A stretch of DNA of 64,000 bases from Candidatus Bathyarchaeota archaeon (GTDB lineage: Archaea; Thermoproteota; Bathyarchaeia; Bathyarchaeales; Bathycorpusculaceae). Shown here piece after piece: positions 1-9,196 of the stretch. Under the pieces are notes generated by a model. The model was not told the origin of the DNA. It searched no databases and worked only from the letters and a program-made list of their open reading frames with translations. Positions within the stretch are counted from its first letter, which is position 1, and every line of letters begins with the position of its first letter. A program made the position numbers and the translations under genes. The stretch lies in assembly GCA_963826715.1 (NCBI GenBank), contig CAWGYA010000002.1, forward strand, positions 96,001-160,000. Reading direction: 5' to 3'.

Positions 1-520
1 CCCCATTGCACGTTGGACATATCCTTGCTGATGTCCCAGGGGCTGCACCTGAACCGCCGCATACATCACAGTGTTCTACTCGAGGAACCTCAATTTCACG
101 TTCAGTTCCTTTAGCGGCTTCTTCAAGGCTAACTTCTAATTCATAAGCGAGATCCTGACCACGATTAGTCTGCTCATAACCACCAAAACCACCTGCTCCG
201 CCGAATATTGTTCGGAACAAGTCACCAAAACCCATGTCTCGGAAAATTGAGTCAAAATCCGCGCCACGGAAAATATCTTCACTGGTGTAGCGTTGGTCAA
301 AACCATTGTGACCCAAAGTGTCGTATTGCTGGCGTTTCTGATCGTCACTTAGAACTGCATAGGCTTCGCTGATTTCCTTGAATTTTTCTTCCGCCTCAGA
401 GTCTTTATTACGGTCAGGGTGATACTGCATCGCCAATTTACGATACGCATCTTTAATCTGGTCTTTACTTGCGCCTCTCTGTACTCCAAGCACTTCATAG
501 TAATCTCGTTTTTCAGCCAT
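1..520 (-). CDS. dnaJ: Chaperone DnaJ, N-terminal part (runs off the window edge)
   Basis: Manual translation from ATG at 520: [39 protein letters not shown] (J-domain HPD), then G/F-rich region and first CxxCxGxG repeat. Absent from the ORF track because it is truncated. Confidence 0.97.
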   Translation of the reverse strand, partial: MAEKRDYYEVLGVQRGASKDQIKDAYRKLAMQYHPDRNKDSEAEEKFKEISEAYAVLSDDQKRQQYDTLGHNGFDQRYTSEDIFRGADFDSIFRDMGFGDLFRTIFGGAGGFGGYEQTNRGQDLAYELEVSLEEAAKGTEREIEVPRVEHCDVCGGSGAAPGTSARICPTCNG

Positions 521-664
521 CTAACCTTACCATTAAAGTAATGTTTACCGAACTTTCATAGAAAGCTTATGACTTGGATTTAAGTAATTTCCTTGTTTAG
601 GCGGTGTTTTCGGGTTCAAAAGCTATCGATCAATAAATCGAAATCGTTGGATTCACAACACAAC

Positions 665-1171
665 TCAAACAATATATTTACCCGATTTTTCGAAGTCCTG
701 AACAATCTCCATACGATGTTTCGAGCGGCTTAATGGCGTCACCAAGCGCAGATTTTTTAGAAGAAACCAAGGAGACTTTCGCGCCAGCACCGCGGCTATA
801 TGATGGTCCCCAAAACTCTTCACCGCCACCGCAACCACTTCACGTCTTACCCCAACCTCAGACATCTCGCCTAAGGCGTGCAAATATTCATGCAGCAACA
901 AATTATAGATTAGCGCATTGACCGTGGGCTTGTCGGTTATTTGGGCTTCCACTACATCGACAAGCTTACGGTTAAGTACAATATTATTGGTTCCCACGGG
1001 GTAGTAAGCTCCCAGCTGCAATGGTAAATCATCCAGGAAAAGCATCATGCAGTTTCGCCTTTTGCCCAGCGCATAATCAGCAGTTTCTTGAACGATTTTC
1101 CAAACTTCAGCGTAACTTTTGGCTTCGTCTAGACCGCTACTGAATTTCTCAATAAGTTTAGATACGTCCAT
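665..1171 (-). CDS. Conserved archaeal hypothetical protein with HExxH zinc-metallopeptidase-like motif
   Basis: 168 aa ORF with LLLHEYLHALG; GGAGG-like RBS upstream. Confidence 0.75.
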   Translation of the reverse strand: MDVSKLIEKFSSGLDEAKSYAEVWKIVQETADYALGKRRNCMMLFLDDLPLQLGAYYPVGTNNIVLNRKLVDVVEAQITDKPTVNALIYNLLLHEYLHALGEMSEVGVRREVVAVAVKSFGDHHIAAVLARKSPWFLLKNLRLVTPLSRSKHRMEIVQDFEKSGKYIV

Positions 1172-1294
1172 ATGGAGGTCTCAAAATTAGAGGGAAAATT
1201 CAAACCTTTAAGGGTTACACTATACATAAAAGAAAATAATCGTAAAATTGATAAACAACCACTGCTTTTCAGATAGCGATAAGGTGAAAATAAT

Positions 1295-1714
1295 ATGGCA
1301 AGCAATGTCACAGTAAAAGATATCATGACAAAAGACGTTAAAACAGTAGAAAACAACACTGTAATGAAAGATGTAATTTCATTAATGAACAAATACGACA
1401 AAGATGCAATTCTCGTCGTTCAAAGTGGCAAACCCACAGGCATCATCACGGTAAAAGACGTTCTGATCCGTGCCGTTGAAGCTGAGGTACCACTAAGAAC
1501 AGTCATCGCAAGAATGGTCTACACCAATCCGCTTGTTGTCATCGATCAAAACGCAAGCCTTAAGGAAACAGCTGAACTCATGAAACACTGGAACATTAAG
1601 CACCTACCAGTCGTCGACAAAAATGGCGCATTAGTAGGCATGGTAGACGATAGGCAAATCGTCCACTCTGATCCAAAACTAATCCCCATAATGGATTACG
1701 CCCGCCGAAAGTAA
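1295..1714 (+). CDS. CBS-domain pair protein
   Basis: VKDIMTKDV...GIIT.KD and IKHLPVVD...LVGMV CBS motifs; GGTGA RBS. Confidence 0.92.
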   Translation: MASNVTVKDIMTKDVKTVENNTVMKDVISLMNKYDKDAILVVQSGKPTGIITVKDVLIRAVEAEVPLRTVIARMVYTNPLVVIDQNASLKETAELMKHWNIKHLPVVDKNGALVGMVDDRQIVHSDPKLIPIMDYARRK

Positions 1715-1731
1715 TTTCGGCTCAGTTTTTT
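1704..1731 (+). terminator. Hairpin plus T-tract terminator after CBS gene
   Basis: GCCGAAA-GTAA-TTTCGGC perfect 7-bp stem followed by TCAGTTTTTT. Confidence 0.6.
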
Positions 1732-2326
1732 CCATACTTTTTTACTTTCTACGGACATTTTAGACGCTCCCTTGATATTGGCTAAATCTTTTCGGCTTCT
1801 AAAACAGTGGTATTCTATATTGTTGATTTTTGCAACTAAATATTCAATCCAGGCTTAGTATAAAGGTGAGTATTTCTTTTGTACTTCTCCAAGCTAATTA
1901 ACAACTACAATAAAGTTATCCATTTTACTCAACCCCTCTCGACATTTACTACAAGGAATCAACTCACGGTTAAAATTTTTATAATATAACTGCGAGGCCA
2001 TAAGCGTTAACTGCCCTCTCTTCGCTGCGTTAGGCATTGATTTCTCAGATAGCCTAAAAGCAGTTTTTAAACAACTTTTGCTTTTCAAAATAGTGTGAAT
2101 TGATTGTTGTGGTAAAAATGTTAAGTCTTTTAGGATGACTTTAGAATAGAAATTAGTCGTTGGAACAGTTATGCTAGAACATTGTAAGCCTGATTTTAGC
2201 TGACTTCAAAAAAACACATAATTTATTTAGAAAATCTACAAAATATTCTTGATCAAGCCCTCCTAAGGAGTCAGGATAGCAAATCTTAAATTTATTCACC
2301 AACAAAAAACTAAACTGGTTGGTTAT

Positions 2327-2677
2327 ATGGTAGAAAAAACAATACAGAAAATACCCGTAATGCCATTCGCCTTAATGTTAGCATGTATTGGGGCGGTAAT
2401 TGGACTTGTTGTCGGCATCTTTTACGCAGCCGTTTTTGGAGCAATATTTTCCACAATTATAAATAATTTTCCCTCAACAGGCACTACAACTGCTATGCCT
2501 GGCGTTTTTAGCCTCATCTTTGGAGTTGCAGCCATCATAATAGTTCCAATAATGGCTTTCGTGGGCGGATTAATTCAAGGCATAATAGTCGCAGTTGTCT
2601 ACAACTTTCTTGCACCCAGAATCGGCGGAATCAAAGTACAATTCAAAGAAGATAACCAAACAACAGGCACCATTTAA
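2327..2677 (+). CDS. Small two-TM membrane protein (DUF3566-like)
   Basis: Two hydrophobic helices, C-terminal YNFLAPRIGGIKVQF motif. Confidence 0.7.
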   Translation: MVEKTIQKIPVMPFALMLACIGAVIGLVVGIFYAAVFGAIFSTIINNFPSTGTTTAMPGVFSLIFGVAAIIIVPIMAFVGGLIQGIIVAVVYNFLAPRIGGIKVQFKEDNQTTGTI

Positions 2678-2728
2678 AACCCCAACTTTTTCTTTTTTTT
2701 AGGTTTACCACAAAAACAAACACAACTT

Positions 2729-2770
2729 AGTCAAGAAACCTTGACTTAGATTAGTCAAGAAAGTTTGACG
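2729..2770. promoter_or_regulatory. Tandem palindromic operator pair upstream of adhesin-like gene
   Basis: AGTCAAG-AAAC-CTTGACT (2729-2746) and AGTCAAG-AAAG-TTTGACG (2753-2770), 24-bp period, directly before an A-rich/TTTTAT BRE-TATA-like element. Confidence 0.6.
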
Positions 2771-2817
2771 AAAAATCTTTTATGACAGTTCAAGACCTAG
2801 AATTCTTTGTGTAAGTC

Positions 2818-4086
2818 ATGCATAGCATTAATGCCTTTGGAAGAACAAAATGGATGACAAAACAAAACTGTTCTGCAAAATTTTTTACGCCCTTACTTGT
2901 GTTGTTGATTGCAACGTCTTTTTTTGGGGTTTGTTTGTCTCCAGTTGAAGGTCAAACAACTGCGGACCGTACCCCAGACAGAATAGTATGTAACGAGATG
3001 GAACTTAGAAATGCTATTAATAACGTTATAGAACCTACAGTTATCGCTCTTGATAACGATATTACACTTACAGAACAACTTGTTATTGCTGTTAACAAAG
3101 ACATCACCCTAACAAGTACAAGTACTTCTAAATTTTTCAAACTGATTGGTGGGGATAGAGAGCTTGTTAGAACTAAGGATGGTTATCTTGTTACTTTTCC
3201 TGATGCGGTTATTAATGTCGAGGGGAGTGGGCTGTTTGTCAAGGGTAGTGGGGTGTTAAGGCTTGATGGTATTGTTGTGACTTGTGGAAATTATCCTCTT
3301 GCTTGGAACAAGCTTGTGCGTGTTACTGTAGGTGAAACACTTATCCTGTATAATGGCGAGATTTCGGGCAATATTTTGGGTGATGGCGTTGTTAACAATG
3401 GTGTGTTTGAAATGTATGGTGGCAAAATTTCCAATAACAATGCCAATACTGGTTATGGTGGTGCTGTGTATAACAGTGAGTATGGCACATTCAGTATGTT
3501 TGGTGGTGAAATCTCTAACAACACAGGCTTTGGCGTGTATAACCGTGGTACGTATAACCAAGGTTGGAACTATGGCACATTTAACATGTCTGGTGGTTTA
3601 ATCAGTAACAACGATGGCGGGGGAGTGCAAAACAGCGCCATCTTCATCATGTCGGGCGGTGAAATTTCTAACAACGCTGGTGGTAATTTAATGCAATCAG
3701 GTGGAGGGGTTTCTAACAGTGGTATCTTTACCATGTCGGGTGGTGTGATTTCTAATAATCAAGGTACACATGGGGGCGGGGTATACAACTATCCTGAAGG
3801 TAATTTTAGCTTATCTGAAAATGCTGTAATTTCTGACAATAAAGCTGAAGTTGGTGGAGGTGTATATAATGCTGGCACATTTAACAGACGTGGCGGCGTA
3901 ATTTCTGGCAACACCGCTACACAGTATAACGATGTATATCCTAACGACAATAGCCCCGAGTCATTCCCAACTTCAACAGTAGTATTCATTGCTCTAATTC
4001 TGTTAGCGGTTGTTATAACATCAATTATGCTTTTTAGAAGGCATCGAAAAACCGCTAACTTAAACATGGAATTAGTTGTTACTTGA
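2818..4086 (+). CDS. Adhesin-like surface protein with parallel beta-helix repeats and C-terminal TM anchor
   Basis: Signal-peptide-like N-terminus; repeated GG(V/A)(Y/S)N..G.F.M.GG.IS.N units; C-terminal TM followed by RRHRK. True start may be the second Met (2853). Confidence 0.8.
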   Translation: MHSINAFGRTKWMTKQNCSAKFFTPLLVLLIATSFFGVCLSPVEGQTTADRTPDRIVCNEMELRNAINNVIEPTVIALDNDITLTEQLVIAVNKDITLTSTSTSKFFKLIGGDRELVRTKDGYLVTFPDAVINVEGSGLFVKGSGVLRLDGIVVTCGNYPLAWNKLVRVTVGETLILYNGEISGNILGDGVVNNGVFEMYGGKISNNNANTGYGGAVYNSEYGTFSMFGGEISNNTGFGVYNRGTYNQGWNYGTFNMSGGLISNNDGGGVQNSAIFIMSGGEISNNAGGNLMQSGGGVSNSGIFTMSGGVISNNQGTHGGGVYNYPEGNFSLSENAVISDNKAEVGGGVYNAGTFNRRGGVISGNTATQYNDVYPNDNSPESFPTSTVVFIALILLAVVITSIMLFRRHRKTANLNMELVVT

Positions 4087-4248
4087 ATCAAATAAACAAA
4101 TGTTCTAAATTTAAAGAAAAAGGGAAATATTGCGGGGGATACAAAGGGGGGATTTGCCTAAAGTAATTTCGGCGTAACAGTTTTTTATTTTTATCTTATT
4201 TTAATAAAAAAACGTTATTGATAAGAAAAACAAGATAGAAGGGCAAAT

Positions 4249-4536
4249 CTACTTTTGCAGTTTAGCCCATTCTTCTTTGGCAAGCTTTGTGATAGCATCA
4301 ATATTTGGCTGCGCAGACAGGTCGATAATTACATTGTTGATTTCATTCTTTACCAACAAAGCAACTTCATTAGGTCTTAGCGGTTCAGGTCTTGTAGACT
4401 GGTAAATACGCAAAGCCCGCAGCACAAAATGCACCATAACTTCATTGAGGTGGTTCTGAAGATCACTTAGCTCCAACTTACCGTCCTTCATTCTCTGGGA
4501 GTAAGTGGTTGAATCCCATTTTCCTTCGCTTGACAT
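4249..4536 (-). CDS. Hypothetical helical protein
   Basis: ORF 4249..4575; more plausible start at MSSEGKW (4536). Confidence 0.6.
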   Translation of the reverse strand: MSSEGKWDSTTYSQRMKDGKLELSDLQNHLNEVMVHFVLRALRIYQSTRPEPLRPNEVALLVKNEINNVIIDLSAQPNIDAITKLAKEEWAKLQK

Positions 4537-4829
4537 TATATATCGTTCCTTCAGGGAGTCATGTAAACGGTGCATTATAACATTTACTAAATTGTAGTTA
4601 TTTCAAAAAAAACATTTGACTGCAAAAAGCAAATTGATACTAGATTTTAGTTTGCTTTTGGCGCTATGGATTTCCCAGTTTAATTTTAAGTATCACCGCT
4701 CTTGAAGACTATGTTTTCTCTTCTTAAGCAAACAACTAATATTCTAATTAGACATCATCAATACGCAAAGAAAACAATCTTAAGAAAAAAGAAAAATCTA
4801 TTTCTAAAATTTTAGAAAGAGCGGGAAAA

Positions 4830-6458
4830 TTAGGAAATAAGATCCTTGGGTTTGCCCATTTTCTTATTCACACATGCTTGTATAAAACCGAGATATTCGG
4901 GTGATGGTCTGCCTGGGCGGCTTCGGAATTCGCCGTGAAACTGCGAGGCAAAATAAAAGTATTTGTCTGGCAACTCTAGCGTTTCCATTCTTCTGCCGTC
5001 ACTGCTTTTGCCTGTAAAGCACATGCCGTTGCGTTTGAGAGGTTCAATATAGTCAAGGTTGACTTCGAATCGATGGCGATGGCGTTCATGAATTTCTTCG
5101 GAGCCGAAAAGTTTGTAGGCTAAGCTGCCCTTCTGCAGCATAACTTTGTGTGCGCCAAGTCTCATGGTTGCACCCTTAACCTCTATGCCACGTTGTTCAG
5201 GCATGAGATCGATCACTGGGTATGGAGTATCGGGATTGATTTCTGAGCTGTTAGCATCCTTTAAACCTGCAACGTTACGTGCAAACTCTATTACTGCAAG
5301 TTGGAAACCATAGCAAATGCCCAAGAAGGGGATATCATTTTCTCGAGCGTAACGAGCAGCCGCGATTTTCCCTTCAGTTCCTCGCGGACCAAAACCATAA
5401 GGGACAAAAATACCATCAAAGTTTGAAAGTTCCGCTAGACATTCGGGGTCACGTTCGAACTTTTCCGCCTCAAGGTAGTTTATGCAGACTTTAGTTTTGC
5501 ATGCCGCACCACCGTGACGAAGAGCTTCAGTCATGCTCACATAACTATCGGATAAGCCTGCATATTTACCGACTAATGCAATTTTGACTTCGTGGTCAGG
5601 TTTAAGTATACTATCCACGAATGTTTGCCATTGGTTGAAGTCTTTGTTTTCACATTTTAGTCCAAGACGTTGACACACGAAGTCGCCCATTCCCTGCTTA
5701 TCCAGAATAAGTGGAACTTGGTAAACAGTTTCTGCATTGTAGGAGCAAAAAACTTGGTTTTCCGGAATTGTGCCAAAGAGAGCGATTTTCCTTAGAGCTT
5801 CTGCATCTATCATTTGAGGACTCCTGGCTACTATAGTGTCGGGTTGGATACCAATACGGCGTAGCTCGTTTACACTGTGCTGTAATGGTTTGGTTTTCAT
5901 TTCTCCTGTAACATCTAAGATGGGGACAAGTGCTACGTGAACATAGAGGGTATTCTCATAACCTTCTTCCACGCGCATCTGGCGGATAGCTTCCAAAAAA
6001 GGCAAGCCTTCAATGTCACCGACTGTGCCTCCCACTTCAGTAAGCACGATGTCCGCGTTTACTGCTTTGCCTGCATTTTTAATTCGATTTTTTATTTCGT
6101 TAGTCACATGGGGGACGATTTGGACGCATCTACCCAAGAAATCTCCATGGCGTTCTTTTTCTATAACACTACGATAAATGGTTCCTGTGGTTAAGTTATT
6201 GTTTTGTTTCAGGCTTAAATCAAGGAAGCGTTCATACCAACCCAGGTCTAAATCTGTTTCGCCACCATCATCTGTAACGAAAACTTCACCGTGCATATAG
6301 GGGTTCATGGTACCAGCGTCGATGTTTACATAGGGGTCGATTTTCACGACAGTGGGTTTTAGACCTCTTGCCTGAAGCATTTTACCGATGGAGGAAGTTA
6401 AAATTCCTTTACCAACGGAACTTAACACTCCGCCTGTTACAAAAATGTACTTAACCAT
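4830..6458 (-). CDS. pyrG: CTP synthase
   Basis: KYIFVTGGVLSSVGKG, KIDPYVNIDAGTMNP, GICYGFQ, ERHRHRFE, QFHGE motifs. Confidence 0.98.
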   Translation of the reverse strand: MVKYIFVTGGVLSSVGKGILTSSIGKMLQARGLKPTVVKIDPYVNIDAGTMNPYMHGEVFVTDDGGETDLDLGWYERFLDLSLKQNNNLTTGTIYRSVIEKERHGDFLGRCVQIVPHVTNEIKNRIKNAGKAVNADIVLTEVGGTVGDIEGLPFLEAIRQMRVEEGYENTLYVHVALVPILDVTGEMKTKPLQHSVNELRRIGIQPDTIVARSPQMIDAEALRKIALFGTIPENQVFCSYNAETVYQVPLILDKQGMGDFVCQRLGLKCENKDFNQWQTFVDSILKPDHEVKIALVGKYAGLSDSYVSMTEALRHGGAACKTKVCINYLEAEKFERDPECLAELSNFDGIFVPYGFGPRGTEGKIAAARYARENDIPFLGICYGFQLAVIEFARNVAGLKDANSSEINPDTPYPVIDLMPEQRGIEVKGATMRLGAHKVMLQKGSLAYKLFGSEEIHERHRHRFEVNLDYIEPLKRNGMCFTGKSSDGRRMETLELPDKYFYFASQFHGEFRSRPGRPSPEYLGFIQACVNKKMGKPKDLIS

Positions 6459-6749
6459 TGTTATCCCCACAATAACCTACACCTTTCATGAAAACTTAAT
6501 ATAACTCTTTTGTGCGCGGATATATAAAAATGTGCAAAGGTCCATGGAAATTGACAGAAAACAGTGTAGTTAGAGCGCATTTGCTTGATTATATCTGCGG
6601 TTGCGTCTGAGTGCCAAAAGTTGAATAATTACTTCCAAGAGAATCGGAGAGATTTGGTAAAACCACTAAATTTCGTATGATAAATCATTAGCCGTTTGCA
6701 TAAAAACTATTAATCACAGTTGCTCTAGCATTATTGGAGACGTTGATTA

Positions 6750-6983
6750 ATGCCGCAAGCCTTTGTACTTATAAACGTTGAATCAGGTACAGAAGAAGAA
6801 GTTATTGGAGAACTTAAACAAATTCCAGGCGTCGAAGAAGCCTACTATTCCTACGGCGTCTATGACATCGTAACCAAAGTTAAAGCAGATACTATGGAGA
6901 AACTAAAAGACATGGTTACTCACAACATTCGTAGTCTAACCCGTGTTCGATCCACCTTAACGCTTATAATGATGGAAGAATAA
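6750..6983 (+). CDS. Stand-alone Lrp/AsnC ligand-binding (RAM) domain protein
   Basis: AFVLINVE...VEEAY..YGVYDIV.KV...STLTLI pattern, no HTH. Confidence 0.9.
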   Translation: MPQAFVLINVESGTEEEVIGELKQIPGVEEAYYSYGVYDIVTKVKADTMEKLKDMVTHNIRSLTRVRSTLTLIMMEE

Positions 6984-7109
6984 ACAGTCCGGCAAATAGT
7001 TTTTCGTCAGTCTCAGTCGAGTAGCTCTCCAGGACAATATATTATACTACGTAAGGTTATATGCCATCTTCACCAAGGTTTCTGCCAAGGCTTAAATGGC
7101 TAGGCATCG

Positions 7110-8195
7110 ATGGTTAACCAGAGCTTGAGATTAATGGAATCAGCTATGAAATCCCATCAACCTATCCTGATGAGGATAATTCTGGCTGCGGGACTGCTTG
7201 TTTTTATCCTCTACTTAATTTTATATATCAACCCCTCACAAGTCTCCAAAACCTTAGCTCAAACCAACCTGTTCATCTATTCAATTGCATTCATAACCTA
7301 CACACTCTACACTGTTTGCTCATCTATGGTTTGGCGAAGCTTGCTGGGTAGTCTGTCAGTGAAGATAACAAAACGCAAAGCTTTCCTTTACACATGGGTT
7401 GGCTTGTTCTTTGAAGCAACGGTTCCGCAGTTGGGCTGGTCAGGGGAAATCTCAAAAATCTACTTGCTCTGCAAAGATTCAAACCTCGAAACAGGACGTA
7501 TCGGCGCATCAGTGGTAGGGCAGAAGCTCCTTACTATGACCCTAACGATTAGTGCGTTAAGCATAGGCTTGGGTTTGTTGTTATTTCGATATTCTTTGCC
7601 GCCGAACATAGCTTTGCTTATAGGTTTTGTTTTGGGGCTTTTGATTCTAACATTAATATTCATTTACTACATAAGCCTCAAACCCCGCGTAACCAAAACA
7701 CTTCTAAGTTTAAGCGTTCGGGTTGCGAAGGTCTTCCGTAAAAAATGGAAGACCCAAAGCTTCATTGAGAAAGCTGAAAGTGTACTTGAGAAGTTTCATG
7801 CGGGCATCGAACAACTTAAAGCCAATCCGAAAGCATTGATTGCACCAATTGCATATGCAATTGCCGGGTTTTTTTTTGAGGTATCAGTTCTGTTTTTGGC
7901 TTTTGCAGCGTTAGGGCAACCTCTACGTGTAGATGTAGTGTTAATTGTTTTTGCTCTAACTGGAACTCTCCAAACGGTTGGAGCAACTTTTGTTGGTTTT
8001 CCGGAGTTAATAATGACGGTGTCGCTTCAGGCACTGAGCGTTGAACCAGCAGTAGCGTTATCCGTTGCGTTGTTAACGAGAATGGTTAACCTCTGGTTCC
8101 GACTGGGAGTTTCCTATGGTGCGCTACAATTGGCAGGTTTAAAAATGAGTAGGCTAAACCGAGGAACCTCTGATTCTTTAGCGGTTAAGAATTGA
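7110..8195 (+). CDS. Flippase-like membrane protein (lysylphosphatidylglycerol synthase TM / UPF0104 family)
   Basis: Multi-TM; W..LL, P...SGE..K.Y.L and C-terminal ALLTR motifs; start uncertain. Confidence 0.8.
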   Translation: MVNQSLRLMESAMKSHQPILMRIILAAGLLVFILYLILYINPSQVSKTLAQTNLFIYSIAFITYTLYTVCSSMVWRSLLGSLSVKITKRKAFLYTWVGLFFEATVPQLGWSGEISKIYLLCKDSNLETGRIGASVVGQKLLTMTLTISALSIGLGLLLFRYSLPPNIALLIGFVLGLLILTLIFIYYISLKPRVTKTLLSLSVRVAKVFRKKWKTQSFIEKAESVLEKFHAGIEQLKANPKALIAPIAYAIAGFFFEVSVLFLAFAALGQPLRVDVVLIVFALTGTLQTVGATFVGFPELIMTVSLQALSVEPAVALSVALLTRMVNLWFRLGVSYGALQLAGLKMSRLNRGTSDSLAVKN

Positions 8196-8286
8196 ACAAT
8201 TATTGAAACCCTTCACAATAACTCATAGAAAGCCAATTAGAAACATTTTAATGCGAACCTAACCTAATCAATATCAGAGGATTGAT

Positions 8287-8526
8287 ATGCCCACAGCGTT
8301 TGTATTAATAAATACTGAAATAGGGTCTGAATCAGATGTTTTGAAAGAACTCAAAAAAGTTGAAGGCGTCGAAGAAGCCTCAGCAGTATATGGAGTCTAT
8401 GATATTGTAGCTCGAGTTAAAGCAGACACTATGGATAAACTCAAAGAAATTGTCACCTGGCGAATTCGGCGTCTTGACAAAGTCCGCTCGACTCTGACAA
8501 TGATTGTCGTAGAAGACAAACAATAA
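8287..8526 (+). CDS. Stand-alone Lrp/AsnC ligand-binding (RAM) domain protein
   Basis: MPTAFVLINTE...GVEEA..VYGVYDIVARV...VRSTLTMIV. Confidence 0.92.
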   Translation: MPTAFVLINTEIGSESDVLKELKKVEGVEEASAVYGVYDIVARVKADTMDKLKEIVTWRIRRLDKVRSTLTMIVVEDKQ

Positions 8527-8850
8527 TTTCCAGCTATTTCTAACCACAAAAAAACATCTAATTTTTAAAAAAGATAGCGATTGTGGTAGTGTCGGTACAG
8601 TCACATAATTTTAAATTTTTTTCTAATTGATTATTGTGATGTGTATCAGAGCTGGTAAAAATGGCAATAACTTTGCATATCAAGGGTTTGCAAAAGAATG
8701 AGCCATTACCCAGAGGATGCACTGATTTTTTTATTGGCTGGCCTAAAAGGTTTGGAAACACAATGCACCTTTTTATGTTCCATCGAACAGGAAAAAGCAC
8801 ACAAACCTTCAAGCCAACCACCCAACCTCTCAAAAAAGGAGAAAAATAAA

Positions 8851-9144
8851 GTGCCAACAGCGTTTATCCTTTTAAACACAGAAATTGGAGCTGAAAACCA
8901 AGTACTTAAAAATCTAAAAGGAATCGAAGGTGTCGAGCAAGTCTACAACCTCTGGGGTGTGTATGACATAATTGCCCATGTTAAAGCGGATAATTTAGAT
9001 AAACTTAAATCCATTATCACCGATCAAATAGAAAAAATTGGAAAAATAAACTCTAAGTTGACCATGATAATTACTGAACAGAAACCTCATATTATAACCA
9101 ACCAATTGGTTTTTGGACCAGATCAAATAGTGCAGACAGCTTAA
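8851..9144 (+). CDS. Stand-alone Lrp/AsnC ligand-binding (RAM) domain protein
   Basis: GTG start at 8851 after GGAGA RBS gives MPTAFILLNTE..., paralogous to the 8287 gene; the upstream ORF extension looks spurious. Confidence 0.85.
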   Translation: MPTAFILLNTEIGAENQVLKNLKGIEGVEQVYNLWGVYDIIAHVKADNLDKLKSIITDQIEKIGKINSKLTMIITEQKPHIITNQLVFGPDQIVQTA

Positions 9145-9196
9145 TTCTTTTAGGATTAATAATATTTTTTACCTTCAACCCCTTCCTTATTTTTAA

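Noticed and set aside
8698-8850. N-terminal extension of the third Lrp/AsnC protein
   Set aside because: Paralog alignment and RBS position favour the GTG start at 8851.
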